The notes below the pieces were generated by a model that made no database searches, was not told the origin of the DNA, and worked only from the letters and a program-made list of their open reading frames with translations. A program made the translations under genes and the position numbers. A DNA stretch of 63,924 bases, filler included, from Vicugna vicugna (taxonomy: Eukaryota), in NCBI GenBank assembly GCA_013265495.1. It is 74 parts of 71 records of this genome, joined end to end, with 100 filler letters (N's around TTAATTAATTAA, not from the genome) between each part and the next. Parts side by side here need not be neighbours in the genome. Positions count along the whole stretch, not along the records: positions 1 to 883 come from PNXW01022005.1; positions 984 to 2,075 come from MU062030.1; positions 2,176 to 4,004 come from MU062033.1; positions 4,105 to 5,659 come from MU062036.1; positions 5,760 to 6,833 come from MU062037.1; positions 6,934 to 7,737 come from MU062039.1; positions 7,838 to 8,813 come from MU062040.1; positions 8,914 to 9,778 come from MU062041.1; 66 more parts are not named here. One strand, 5' to 3'. Positions 1-11,652 of the stretch are shown piece after piece. Each line of letters opens with the position of its first letter. The stretch's first letter is position 1.

Positions 1-883
1 GAGACGTGGTCAGGTATCCTGATAGTGGGGAGGCTCCTCCAAATGTCAGCAGCGCCTGGGTACTAATAGGATCCCTTAGATTGTTTTCCGTGAGTGTATC
101 CCTAGGCCGGGCTGAGAGGGGAACCTGGGAGTTTAGCTTGGAGGCCAAGTAGCAGCAACTGCCCCCCGATGGAATGTGGTAGTATTTACAACACATCTCC
201 CTAATGGGGAACAAGTGTGACCCCATTCATCTACTTGGATTTTGGCTCCACATCTCCCCGCCACAAAGTTTTGGGTTCCGGAATCCTGAGTTTTGGGACG
301 TTCCTCCTACTGTCAGCAGCGCTTGTGTTCTTGAATCCCTTAACTTGCCTTCCCTGATGGTTTGCCTATGCTGGAGTGCAATGCAGGGGAATGTGAGATT
401 TCGTCTCTAATACCAAGTATTAGCCAATGCATCTACATGTGAAGTTGAGAAAATTTAACTACAACCAGCAAAGTAGGAATACATGTGCCACCTGAAAGAT
501 GCCTGGACTCTGTTTCCCCACCTCCAGCACACAAACGAGGAAGTGTTCTTCTATCCTGAATGTGGGGAGTTTCCTCCAAATGACAGCAGCACCTAAGGTC
601 TAATAGAATCCGTTAGCTTGACTTCCTTGAGTGTTTACCTAGGCCGGGCTGTAAGCGAATGTGGGGGTTGGGCCCTAAAGACAACGATTAGCGAGTGCCC
701 CTCTATGGGCAGTGGAGGTGTTTAAACCAAATCCCCAACTTTGGAACACCTGTGCCCCCATAGAAATGCGCGGAATATCATTCCCACCTCCAGAACACAC
801 ACGAAGACTTTCAGAAATCCTTATTTTGTTGGGCTCCACAAAATGACAGCAGCGTCTGGGTTCTAATAGAATCCCTTAGCTTG
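1..883 (+). repeat. Sat-B: diverged ~267-bp-period satellite related to Sat-A
   Basis: Motif ATCCTGA..TGGGGAGG.TCCTCC.A.TG.CAGCAGCGCCTGGG.TCTAATAG.ATCCCTTA recurs at ~16, ~283, ~553 and ~818. Confidence 0.88.
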
Positions 884-983
884 NNNNNNNNNNNNNNNNN
901 NNNNNNNNNNNNNNNNNNNNNNNNNNNTTAATTAATTAANNNNNNNNNNNNNNNNNNNNNNNNNNNNNNNNNNNNNNNNNNNN
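884..983. other. Artificial scaffold linker N44-TTAATTAATTAA-N44 (first of ~73 copies in the window)
   Basis: The same 100-bp block recurs between unrelated sequences; TTAATTAATTAA is palindromic and gives stop codons in all six frames. Confidence 0.98.
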
Positions 984-2075
984 CCCCGAACAGGGAACCT
1001 CTGTGAATGAAGAGAGCTGCGTGGAGTTATCTCTCGATTTCCCCACGCACTGACAATGTTTCCGGAATCCTGAGCGTGGGGAGGTTCCACCAACGGTCGG
1101 CAGCGCGTGGGTTCTAACGGAATNNNNNNNNNNNNNNNNNNNNNNNNNNNNNNNNNNNNNNNNNNNNNNNNNNNNNNNNNNNNNNNNNNNNNNNNNNNNN
1201 NNNNNNNNNNNNNNNNNNNNNNNNNNNNNNNNNNNNNNNNNNNNNNNNNNNNNNNNNNNNNNNNNNNNNNNNNNNNNNNNNNNNNNNNNNNNNNNNNNNN
1301 NNNNNNNNNNNNNNNNNNNNNNNNNNNNNNNNNNNNNNNNNNNNNNNNNNNNNNNNNNNNNNNNNNNNNNNNNNNNNNNNNNNNNNNNNNNNNNNNNNNN
1401 NNNNNNNNNNNNNNNNNNNNNNNNNNNNNNNNNNNNNNNNNNNNNNNNNNNNNNNNNNNNNNNNNNNNNNNNNNNNNNNNNNNNNNNNNNNNNNNNNNNN
1501 NNNNNNNNNNNNNNNNNNNNNNNNNNNNNNNNNNNNNNNNNNNNNNNNNNNNNNNNNNNNNNNNNNNNNNNNNNNTTCCGGAATCCTGAGCGTGGGGAGG
1601 TTCCACCAACGGTCGGCAGCGCGTGGGTTCTAACGGAATGCCTAAGCTCGTCTCCCCTGAGTGTTTTCCTAATATCACTTTGCCAGGGAATGCTAGGAGT
1701 GATTGCAGTATATCCCAGGTACCGAGGCTGCCTCCCCAAGGTCAGGGAAGCTATTTCTCGGACTTCCCGGAACAGGAAACACCTGTGACTGAAGAGAGCT
1801 GCGTGGAGTTGTCTCTCGAGCTCCCCCACGCACTGACAATGGTTCCGGAATCCTGAGCGTGGGGAGGTTCCACCAACGGTCGGCAGCGCGTGGGTTCTAA
1901 CGGAATGCCTAAGCTCGTCTCCCCTGAGTGTTTTCCTAATGTGTCTGTGCCAGGGAATGGTAAGGGGGTTTGCAGGATATCCCAGTGACATACGTGGACT
2001 CCCCAAGGTCAGGGAAGGGATTTCCAGGACTTCGCCGAACAGGGAAATCCTGTGAATGAAGAGAGCTGCGTGGAG
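984..2075 (+). repeat. Sat-A 267-bp GC-rich tandem satellite
   Basis: GAATCCTGAGCGTGGGGAGGTTCCACCAACGGTCGGCAGCG repeats at ~1581 and ~1848, 267 bp apart. Confidence 0.97.
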
Positions 2076-2175
2076 NNNNNNNNNNNNNNNNNNNNNNNNN
2101 NNNNNNNNNNNNNNNNNNNTTAATTAATTAANNNNNNNNNNNNNNNNNNNNNNNNNNNNNNNNNNNNNNNNNNNN

Positions 2176-4004
2176 GAATCCTGAGCGTTGAGAGGTTCCA
2201 CCAACTGTCGGCAGCGCGTAAGTTCTAAGTGAATGCCTGTGCTTGTCTCCCCTGAGGGTTTTCCTCATGTCTCTGTGCCAGGGAACGCTAGGGGTGGTTG
2301 CAGTAAATCCCAGTGACAGAGGCTGCGTCCCCAAGGTCAGGGAAGGTATTTCTCGGACTTCCCTGAGCAGGGAACACCTGTGACTGAAGAGAGCTGCGTG
2401 GAGTTGTCNNNNNNNNNNNNNNNNNNNNNNNNNNNNNNNNNNNNNNNNNNNNNNNNNNNNNNNNNNNNNNNNNNNNNNNNNNNNNNNNNNNNNNNNNNNN
2501 NNNNNNNNNNNNNNNNNNNNNNNNNNNNNNNNNNNNNNNNNNNNNNNNNNNNNNNNNNNNNNNNNNNNNNNNNNNNNNNNNNNNNNNNNNNNNNNNNNNN
2601 NNNNNNNNNNNNNNNNNNNNNNNNNNNNNNNNNNNNNNNNNNNNNNNNNNNNNNNNNNNNNNNNNNNNNNNNNNNNNNNNNNNNNNNNNNNNNNNNNNNN
2701 NNNNNNNNNNNNNNNNNNNNNGGGGAGGTTCCACCAACGGTCGGCAGCGCGTGGGTTCTAAGGGAATGCCTGTGCTCGTCTCCCCTGAGTGTTTTCCAAA
2801 TTTCTCTGTTCCAGGGATTGCTAGGGGGGGGTTGCAGGAATTTCCAGTGACCGAGGCTGCCTCCCCAATATCAGGGAAATTATTTCTCGGACTTCCCCGA
2901 GCAGGGAACACCTGTGACTGAAGAGAGCTGCGTGGAGTTGTCTCACGAGCTGCCNNNNNNNNNNNNNNNNNNNNNNNNNNNNNNNNNNNNNNNNNNNNNN
3001 NNNNNNNNNNNNNNNNNNNNNNNNNNNNNNNNNNNNNNNNNNNNNNNNNNNNNNNNNNNNNNNNNNNNNNNNNNNNNNNNNNNNNNNNNNNNNNNNNNNN
3101 NNNNNNNNNNNNNNNNNNNNNNNNNNNNNNNNNNNNNNNNNNNNNNNNNNNNNNNNNNNNNNNNNNNNNNNNNNNNNNNNNNNNNNNNNNNNNNNNNNNN
3201 NNNNNNNNNNNNNNNNNNNNNNNNNNNNNNNNNNNNNNNNNNNNNNNNNNNNNNNNNNNNNNNNNNNNNNNNNNNNNNNNNNNNNNNNNNNNNNNNNNNN
3301 NNNNNNNNNNNNNNNNNNNNNNNNNNNNNNNNNNNNNNNNNNNNNNNNNNNNNNNNNNNNNNNNNNNNNNNNNNNNNNNNNNNNNNNNNNNNNNNNNNNN
3401 NNNNNNNNNNNNNNNNNNNNNNNNNNNNNNNNNNNNNNNNNNNNNNNNNNNNNNNNNNNNNNNNNNNNNNNNNNNNNNNNNNNNNNNNNNNNNNNNNNNC
3501 GAGCTCCCCAACTCAATGAAAATGTTTCTGGAATCCTGAGCGTGGGGAGTTTCCACCAACGGTCGGCAGCGCGTGGGTTCTAACGGAATGCTTAAGCTCG
3601 TTTCCCCTGAGTATGTTCCTCATGTCTCTGTGCCAGGGAATGCTAGGGGGATTTGCAGGAAATCCCAGCCACAGAGGCTCCCTCCCCAAGGTCAGGGAAG
3701 GTGTTTCTCGGACTTCCCCGTGCAGGGAACACCTGTGACTGAAGAGAGCTGCGTGGAGTTGTCTCTCGAGCTCAAGCACTCAATGACAATTGTTACGGAA
3801 TCCTGAGGGTGGGGATGTTCCAACAACGGTCACAGCGCTTGGGTTCTAAGTGAATGCTTGGGCTCGTCTCCCCTGAGGTTTTTTCTCATATCTCTGTGCC
3901 AGGGAATGTTAGGGGGTTTGCAGGGCATCCCAGGGACAAAGGCTGCCACCCCAAGGTCTGGGAAAGTATTTCTCGGACTTCCCCGAGCAGGGAACACCTG
4001 TGAC
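2176..4004 (+). repeat. Sat-A 267-bp satellite (gapped)
   Basis: Same monomer motifs (GTGACTGAAGAGAGCTGCGTGGAGTTGTCTC, GCCAGGGAATGCTAGGGG) in every sequenced segment. Confidence 0.96.
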
Positions 4005-5443
4005 NNNNNNNNNNNNNNNNNNNNNNNNNNNNNNNNNNNNNNNNNNNNTTAATTAATTAANNNNNNNNNNNNNNNNNNNNNNNNNNNNNNNNNNNNNNNN
4101 NNNNGCCACAGAAAATCATTCACTGAACGGAGCAGCTCCAAGACATAACGGTGATGGATCATGGAGTCCTGCCGCATCCCAGCCTGCAGGCACAAACCAC
4201 ACATGTTCCCTGGTGATGTCCGGAAATTAAAATGCATGGAAATATCTCACTGCTGGTGCACGACATCTGCCCCCAAATTGCCCCAAAATCATGCTGGGAA
4301 AGCACTACTCAACCCTNNNNNNNNNNNNNNNNNNNNNNNNNNNNNNNNNNNNNNNNNNNNNNNNNNNNNNNNNNNNNNNNNNNNNNNNNNNNNNNNNNNN
4401 NNNNNNNNNNNNNNNNNNNNNNNNNNNNNNNNNNNNNNNNNNNNNNNNNNNNNNNNNNNNNNNNNNNNNNNNNNNNNNNNNNNNNNNNNNNNNNNNNNNN
4501 NNNNNNNNNNNNNNNNNNNNNNNNNNNNCTTTCTTTTTGAAATTTCCAGTTGCAACATTAGCAGAAGAAAGTTTATGTTTCAGTTTTAAAAAAAAATCAA
4601 TTATCTTCCACTTTCTTAATTTAAACCTATTATTATTTTATAAAGGGAGCTATGCTACAGATTATAAACCAACTGTTTGGCTTCTGCAAACAAGACCTAT
4701 ATGACTTCACTATTTCAGAGCAAGCTTTAATGATGCTTTGAAAAGTGCGGTCTGGGGCGCTCACTAACAGCTCTTTAAATACTCACAAGGATGTGCTATT
4801 AAGTAATGCAAAGGCTCTACCTCCACATCAACTCAGAAAACCAAAGAAAGTACACCAAAGCCTTACTTTATCATTTTTAAATATTCCAATTTTTTGAATA
4901 TTAAATTTCTAAAAAGATAAGATTTTTTTTGAGAAAGCAGTTGTATTATATTTCCTCTCATCAAGAAAGCAATTTTTATCAAGAATTAATACCCCTATGG
5001 AAATCGAAATGACGGGACGTTTCTAGCTAAGTGAACATGCAAATCTCANNNNNNNNNNNNNNNNNNNNNNNNNNNNNNNNNNNNNNNNNNNNNNNNNNNN
5101 NNNNNNNNNNNNNNNNNNNNNNNNNNNNNNNNNNNNNNNNNNNNNNNNNNNNNNNNNNNNNNNNNNNNNNNNNNNNNNNNNNNNNNNNNNNNNNNNNNNN
5201 NNNNNNNNNNNNNNNNNNNNNNNNNNNNNNNNNNNNNNNNNNNNNNNNNNNNNNNNNNNNNNNNNNNNNNNNNNNNNNNNNNNNNNNNNNNNNNNNNNNN
5301 NNNNNNNNNNNNNNNNNNNNNNNNNNNNNNNNNNNNNNNNNNNNNNNNNNNNNNNNNNNNNNNNNNNNNNNNNNNNNNNNNNNNNNNNNNNNNNNNNNNN
5401 NNNNNNNNNNNNNNNNNNNNNNNCTGCTACACAGTGCGTGCGT

Positions 5444-5467
5444 GCACAAACACACACACACACACAG
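5444..5467 (+). repeat. (CA)n microsatellite
   Basis: gcacaaacacacacacacacacag. Confidence 0.85.
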
Positions 5468-5759
5468 AGCCAAGGCAGCCTTCCCAAAGCACAAATTTGA
5501 TTACATCACCCCACTTCAAACCCTTCAGAGGCTCCCGGGTAGAGTTCCAGCCCGATCCCCGACCCTGCTTGCCCAGCCTCACCTCAGAACCCAGGTCCCC
5601 AGTGACCTCAGGGACCTCGTGACCTGCTGCTACTTCCCACTTGCCTCCAGGCTCATTTTNNNNNNNNNNNNNNNNNNNNNNNNNNNNNNNNNNNNNNNNN
5701 NNNTTAATTAATTAANNNNNNNNNNNNNNNNNNNNNNNNNNNNNNNNNNNNNNNNNNNN

Positions 5760-6833
5760 ATATTCTGAATTCTGTGTTCTGCATTCCATGTTCTATATTG
5801 TATTATCAGTATTCTCTATTCTATATTCTTAATTCTATGTTCTGCATTCCATTTTCTAAATTCTATATTTAGTATTCTGAATTATATATTCTAAATTCTG
5901 TGTTTGCATTCCATGTTCTAAAGTCTGGATTCTATATTTTCTATTCTATATTCTATATTCTGTGTTCTACATTCTATATTCTAAATTCTATATTCAGTAT
6001 TCTGTATACTATAGACTAAATTCTTTGTTCTGCATTCAGTGTTCTAAATTCTATATTTATTACTCTGTATTCTCTATTCTAAATTCTGTGTTCTGCATTC
6101 CATGTTCTAAATTCTGGTTTCTGTATTCTGTTTTCCATATTCTNNNNNNNNNNNNNNNNNNNNNNNNNNNNNNNNNNNNNNNNNNNNNNNNNNNNNNNNN
6201 NNNNNNNNNNNNNNNNNNNNNNNNNNNNNNNNNNNNNNNNNNNNNNNNNNNNNNNNNNNNNNNNNNNNNNNNNNNNNNNNNNNNNNNNNNNNNNNNNNNN
6301 NNNNNNNNNNNNNNNNNNNNNNNNNNNNNNNNNNNNNNNNNNNNNNNNNNNNNNNNNNNNNNTTATGTGTTCTCCATTTCTAAATTAACGGTTTTATATC
6401 CTGTTTTATATATTCTATATATTATGTTCTTCATTCTATATTACAAATTCTATATTCTGCATTCCGTATTCCATATTTTATATTCTGTGTTCTACATTCT
6501 ATATTCTAAATTTTATATTCAGTAGTCTGTATTGTGTATTCTAAATTCTGTGTTCTGCATTCCATATTCTAAATTTTGGGTTCTGTATTGTGTTTTCCAT
6601 ATTCTATATTCTGTGTTCTATATTCTATATTCTGTATTCTATATTCTGCATTCCGTATTCTATATTCTATATTCTGTGTCCTACATTCTATATTCTAAAT
6701 TCTATATTCAGTATTTTGTATTCTATATACTAAATTCTGTGTTCTGCATTCCATTACTAAATTGTAGGTTGTATGTTCTCTTTTATAAATTCAATAATTT
6801 GTGTTTTTTCATTCTATATTCTACATTCTATAT
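5760..6833 (+). repeat. AT-rich heptamer satellite (TTCTATA/TTCTAAA/TTCTGTG units)
   Basis: 7-bp periodicity with recurring block TTCTAAA-TTCTGTG-TTCTGCA-TTCCATG-TTCTAAA. Confidence 0.95.
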
Positions 6834-7837
6834 NNNNNNNNNNNNNNNNNNNNNNNNNNNNNNNNNNNNNNNNNNNNTTAATTAATTAANNNNNNNNNNN
6901 NNNNNNNNNNNNNNNNNNNNNNNNNNNNNNNNNAGGGGCTCCCTCCACCCTGGACCACACAGGGCACTCTCCCCGGGTTCCCACAACGAAAGCCTGCAGG
7001 CCTCTGCCCGGGCTGCACCTGTGACCTGAGCCACATTCTTGACTCCTTCTCCTGGCTGACTCTTACTCTGTCCTCACAACTGAATGTAGAGCCCATTTCT
7101 TTCAGGAAGTCCTCTCTGATAATGTCCTTTAGGTCTTGGCTGGGCTCTATGTATAGCAGCAGTACATGGTGATGAACTGGGACTTTGCCCGCTACGTTGA
7201 GACCACGAAATCTTGGGGGCCACGTGGGAAGGAGTGAGAGATTACAAGAGGGGTGGGGAAAGCAAAAAGCAAAAATCANNNNNNNNNNNNNNNNNNNNNN
7301 NNNNNNNNNNNNNNNNNNNNNNNNNNNNNNNNNNNNNNNNNNNNNNNNNNNNNNNNNNNNNNNNNNNNNNNNNNNNNNNNNNNNNNNNNNNNNNNNNNNN
7401 NNNNNNNNNNNNNNNNNNNNNNNNNNNNNNNNNNNNNNNNNNNNNNNNNNNNNNNNNNNNNNNNNNNNNNNNNNNNNNNNNNNNNNNNNNNNNNNNNNNN
7501 NNNNNNNNNNNNNNNNNNNNNNNNNNNNNNNNNNNNNNNNNNNNNNNNNNNNNNNNNNNNNNNNNNNNNNNNNNNNNNNNNNNNNNNNNNNNNNNNNNNN
7601 NNNNNNNNNNNNNNNNNNGGAGTGTTTGGAGGAAGCCCAGATCATATTCACTGTGTAAACGCAATCACACCAACACACTGACAGAAGCCCTCGTGGTGGA
7701 GCTGATGTTCCAAAGCGGGCAACCATATGTTGTAAGANNNNNNNNNNNNNNNNNNNNNNNNNNNNNNNNNNNNNNNNNNNNTTAATTAATTAANNNNNNN
7801 NNNNNNNNNNNNNNNNNNNNNNNNNNNNNNNNNNNNN

Positions 7838-8813
7838 CCAGGCCTGGGTCTCCTGCATGTGCAGGCTCTGGTATCCCTGCAGTGCTTGCGGAATGTGACT
7901 GGGTTCTGTTTCCTGCAGGGGCAGGCTCAGAGTCTCCTTGCAGTGTTGCTGGAATGGCACATGGTTCTGAGTTTCCTGCAACAGCAGGCTTATGTTCTTC
8001 CTGCAAGGCTAATTGAATATGACTCAGATCTTGGTCACTTGCAGGAGCAGGCTAGTTTTCTCACTGCTGGGATGGTGGAATGGGCCCCTTCTCTAGGTCA
8101 CCTGCCAGAACAGATTTGGACTCTGCCTTCAGGCTGGTGGAATTGGGCCTGTTCTTGCATCTCCTGCAGGAGCAGGCCTTGGGTATTCTTGGAAGAATAC
8201 TGTAATATGACCCATCTCTGGTTCTCTTGCAGGAGAAGCTCATGATCTCCCTAGAAGGTTAGCAGAATTTGTCCCATTCCTTGGTCCAAGGCTCAGGGTA
8301 TCCCTGCAAGGTTGGTGGAATGGGACCTAGTCCTGTGTCTCCTGCAGTAGCAGATTCTGTTCTCTTTGCAGGGCTGGTGGAATGTGACTCCACCCTGTGG
8401 TTCTTTTGCAGATGCAGGCTCAGGGACCCCACCAGAACTGATGGATTTTAGTCTCCTATGGGAGCAGGTGAGGGATTCCCTGGAGAGCTGTTGGAATTGG
8501 TCCCAGTCCTGGGTCTCTTACGATTGCAGGCTCAGGGTCTCCCTGAAGGGTTTGTGGAATATGACTTGGTTGTGGGTATGCTGCAGGAGCAAGCTCAGTG
8601 TTTCCATGCAGGGTTGGTGGAATGGAATCTAGTTATGTCTCTCCTGCAGGAGGAGGCTGGGGTTCTCCCTGGAGAGGCTGATGGAATTGGACTGGGATGT
8701 CTGTCTCCTGCAGGAGCAAGGCTACGGATTACCTGCAGAGCTGGTAGAATGTCACACAACTCTTGTTCTTCTGCAGGAGCTGGCTCATGTTCTCTGTGAA
8801 TGGCTTGGTCTCC
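7838..8813 (+). repeat. Diverged ~62-bp minisatellite, PstI (CTGCAG)-rich
   Basis: Core TCCTGCAGGAGCAGGCTC...GGCTGGTGGAAT recurs at ~7851, 7912, 7974, 8036, 8099, 8161, 8224 and onward (~15 units). Confidence 0.9.
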
Positions 8814-8913
8814 NNNNNNNNNNNNNNNNNNNNNNNNNNNNNNNNNNNNNNNNNNNNTTAATTAATTAANNNNNNNNNNNNNNNNNNNNNNNNNNNNNNN
8901 NNNNNNNNNNNNN

Positions 8914-9778
8914 CTCTTTGAGCAAATTCTCACCAATACACTTGTAATTTACATTGTTAACTTAACCATGGCATTCCGTATTCCGAAGATTTTTCATACA
9001 TCACGGATTCATCTAACATGAATTTCTGAGTTGTGAACATGCGCATGACTGATGTTTCAACCACCAAACAAGTTACCTATGCACTTTGAAATATTTACTT
9101 TCACTTCGTAGCTTCTTCCTATCACCAGTTTNNNNNNNNNNNNNNNNNNNNNNNNNNNNNNNNNNNNNNNNNNNNNNNNNNNNNNNNNNNNNNNNNNNNN
9201 NNNNNNNNNNNNNNNNNNNNNNNNNNNNNNNNNNNNNNNNNNNNNNNNNNNNNNNNNNNNNNNNNNNNNNNNNNNNNNNNNNNNNNNNNNNNNNNNNNNN
9301 NNNNNNNNNNNNNNNNNNNNNNNNNNNNNNNNNNNNNNNNNNNNNNNNNNNNNNNNNNNNNNNNNNNNNNNNNNNNNNNNNNNNNNNNNNNNNNNNNNNN
9401 NNNNNNNNNNNNNNNNNNNNNNNNNNNNNNNNNNNNNNNNNNNNNNNNNNNNNNNNNNNNNNNNNNNNNNNNNNNNNNNNNNNNNNNNNNNNNNNNNNNN
9501 NNNNNNNNNNNNNNNNNNNNNNNNNNNNNNNNNNNNNNNNNNNNNNNNNNNNNNNNNNCAAGGCATATCTTAGAAATATTTACTCTGACTTCATAGGTTT
9601 TTTCTAACACCAGGTTGTAAAATCGGACATTTGACACCAGAAAACTCTCTTTAAGCAATTCTCACCAATACACATGTAATTTACATTGTCTACATAACCA
9701 TGGCATTCCGTATTTCGAAAATGTTTCATGCAACATGGATTCTTCAAACATGCATTTCTGAGTTGTGAACATGCGCAT
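8914..9778 (+). repeat. Sat-C (~745-bp trimer of ~249-bp subunits), CATG-rich
   Basis: CTCTTT.AGC.AATTCTCACCAATACAC at 8914 and ~9647; matches the other Sat-C scaffolds. Confidence 0.93.
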
Positions 9779-10589
9779 NNNNNNNNNNNNNNNNNNNNNN
9801 NNNNNNNNNNNNNNNNNNNNNNTTAATTAATTAANNNNNNNNNNNNNNNNNNNNNNNNNNNNNNNNNNNNNNNNNNNNTCGCTTCTGCTCCCCATCCTTA
9901 CTGGAAACGTCAAGGGAAACCAAGAGGCCTTTTATCAACCCTTTTCTTATGACACCCTCCCACCCACAATATTCACATGCTCAAGAGCTTTGCGTCCACG
10001 TGATTTTGTTTCCCTTAAGGTAACTGGCTCAAAACACTGCTTGATTTTTTTCTTCTTTGATAGTATTTGTACACAGTTTTTAGGCTTTAATCTGTTTTTG
10101 TCTCTCTCTTCAGTATCCCTAGCAGTTACCTATTCTTACTCCCTTCAGCAGACTCCCAACAACATCTAGTCTAGGAAATCAGCTTTGATGAGGGGGCCGG
10201 GGGCAGTCACAGACGATGCAACTAAGGCACAGAGAGGCTGCATAATTTGCCCAAGATCAGCTTCAACCCCCAACAGTGTGTCACTTCCCTCTGTTTAACT
10301 CTTATGCTAAGCAAGATAACTTTTTGTAGATTATGGTTATAAACAGATGAGGTATCAAAATAAATTCAAGGACACACATCAACTCTAAGATATTCATTAA
10401 CTCAAATATTTTGTTTCTATTTATTTTATTTCTATTAAAAATAATTAAGAACCTCTGCAGTCAATACAGCAAAATATTTCTGGGATATAATCTAAAATAT
10501 AGAGGTGTTAAGTGTGTCATAACTCATACTTATTTGTATGTTGACAAGACAAAATGATTTGAAAGTCCCTCTCCCCTCCCCCTACTCAC

Positions 10590-10864
10590 TACGGGCTCTC
10601 ACCTGAGCTCCCAGACCACACATCTAACAACCTTTCACTTTACCCACATCTGAACTCATCAGTTTTCCCTCAGAACTCCCTATGCAGCTCTCCCTCCTCA
10701 GAGCACAGCAGGACCATAATTTACCACATTAATCCACACAGAAACCTGGGTCTTAATCCATCCTACCTTCACAGAAAACATTCATCCTTTCCTTTTTACC
10801 ATCTAAACATGCCTTACAGCATCTAAACATGCCTTCAATCTGTTCGCTTTTACCCACTGACCGT
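10590..10864 (+). mobile_element. Ancient L2 LINE 3' fragment
   Basis: ctctcacctgagctcccagacc...ctgaactcatc...gaaacctggg resembles the L2 3' region from memory; heavily decayed. Confidence 0.5.
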
Positions 10865-10964
10865 NNNNNNNNNNNNNNNNNNNNNNNNNNNNNNNNNNNN
10901 NNNNNNNNTTAATTAATTAANNNNNNNNNNNNNNNNNNNNNNNNNNNNNNNNNNNNNNNNNNNN

Positions 10965-11236
10965 CAATATCAGGGAAGCACAATCCAAAACCACAAGGAG
11001 ATGCCACTTCAGAAACTTGAGGACTACTAACATCAAAAAGACAAACGATGACAGGTGTTTGCTATAATGTAGAGATAAATTGGAATCCTCAGAGTCTGCT
11101 AGTGGAAATATGTAAAACGGTGCAGCCACTTTGGAAGCAGTCTGGAGTTTCTAAAAAGGCCAACCATTGAGTTTCCTTATAACCCAGCCATGACAATCTA
11201 AGGTATGCAGCTGTGAGAAATAAAACCTAGATCCCC
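10965..11236 (+). mobile_element. LINE-1 ORF2 C-terminal/3' fragment
   Basis: caaaaccacaaggagatgccacttca...ggtgcagccactttggaagcagt...tataacccagc, typical of the L1 ORF2 C-terminal region. Confidence 0.85.
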
Positions 11237-11324
11237 NNNNNNNNNNNNNNNNNNNNNNNNNNCCTAATAGAAAAAAAATACAAATTGTGTGGACACCAGT
11301 TCAGGTATCCTGTCTCCAACCTGA

Positions 11325-11552
11325 GTCGCAGCCCCGCCCCCAGACCACAGGAGCCAATCCGCGCGCTCGCTTCCAGGACAGACCCCGCCCCAGAGCCCTC
11401 CTCGGCCGCGCCCCTCCTTCCGCCTACCGGCTCGCCAGTTGGCAGTCGGCAGTTGCTGTGAGCGGCTGTTGTTTCAGAAGCTCCGCGGCTCCCGCGAGGC
11501 AGCGGCGGCGCGGTCCCTCCGGGAGGAGCGGCGTGGGCCGAGCGGCGGCCGC
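11325..11552 (+). promoter_or_regulatory. CpG-island promoter-like segment (gene unknown)
   Basis: GC boxes CCCCGCCCC at 11332 and 11383, CCAAT at 11354, dense CpG, ends in GCGGCCGC at 11545-11552. Confidence 0.7.
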
Positions 11553-11652
11553 NNNNNNNNNNNNNNNNNNNNNNNNNNNNNNNNNNNNNNNNNNNNTTAA
11601 TTAATTAANNNNNNNNNNNNNNNNNNNNNNNNNNNNNNNNNNNNNNNNNNNN

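Noticed and set aside
932..3559. Long ORFs of 200-420 aa in the ORF track (also 21114-22349 and others)
   Set aside because: They are mostly X residues from N gaps, which contain no stops.
5962..6885. Hydrophobic Y/I/L/F/S-rich ORFs resembling membrane proteins (also 24171-25738, 38164-39043, 60116-60448)
   Set aside because: They are translations of the heptamer satellite.
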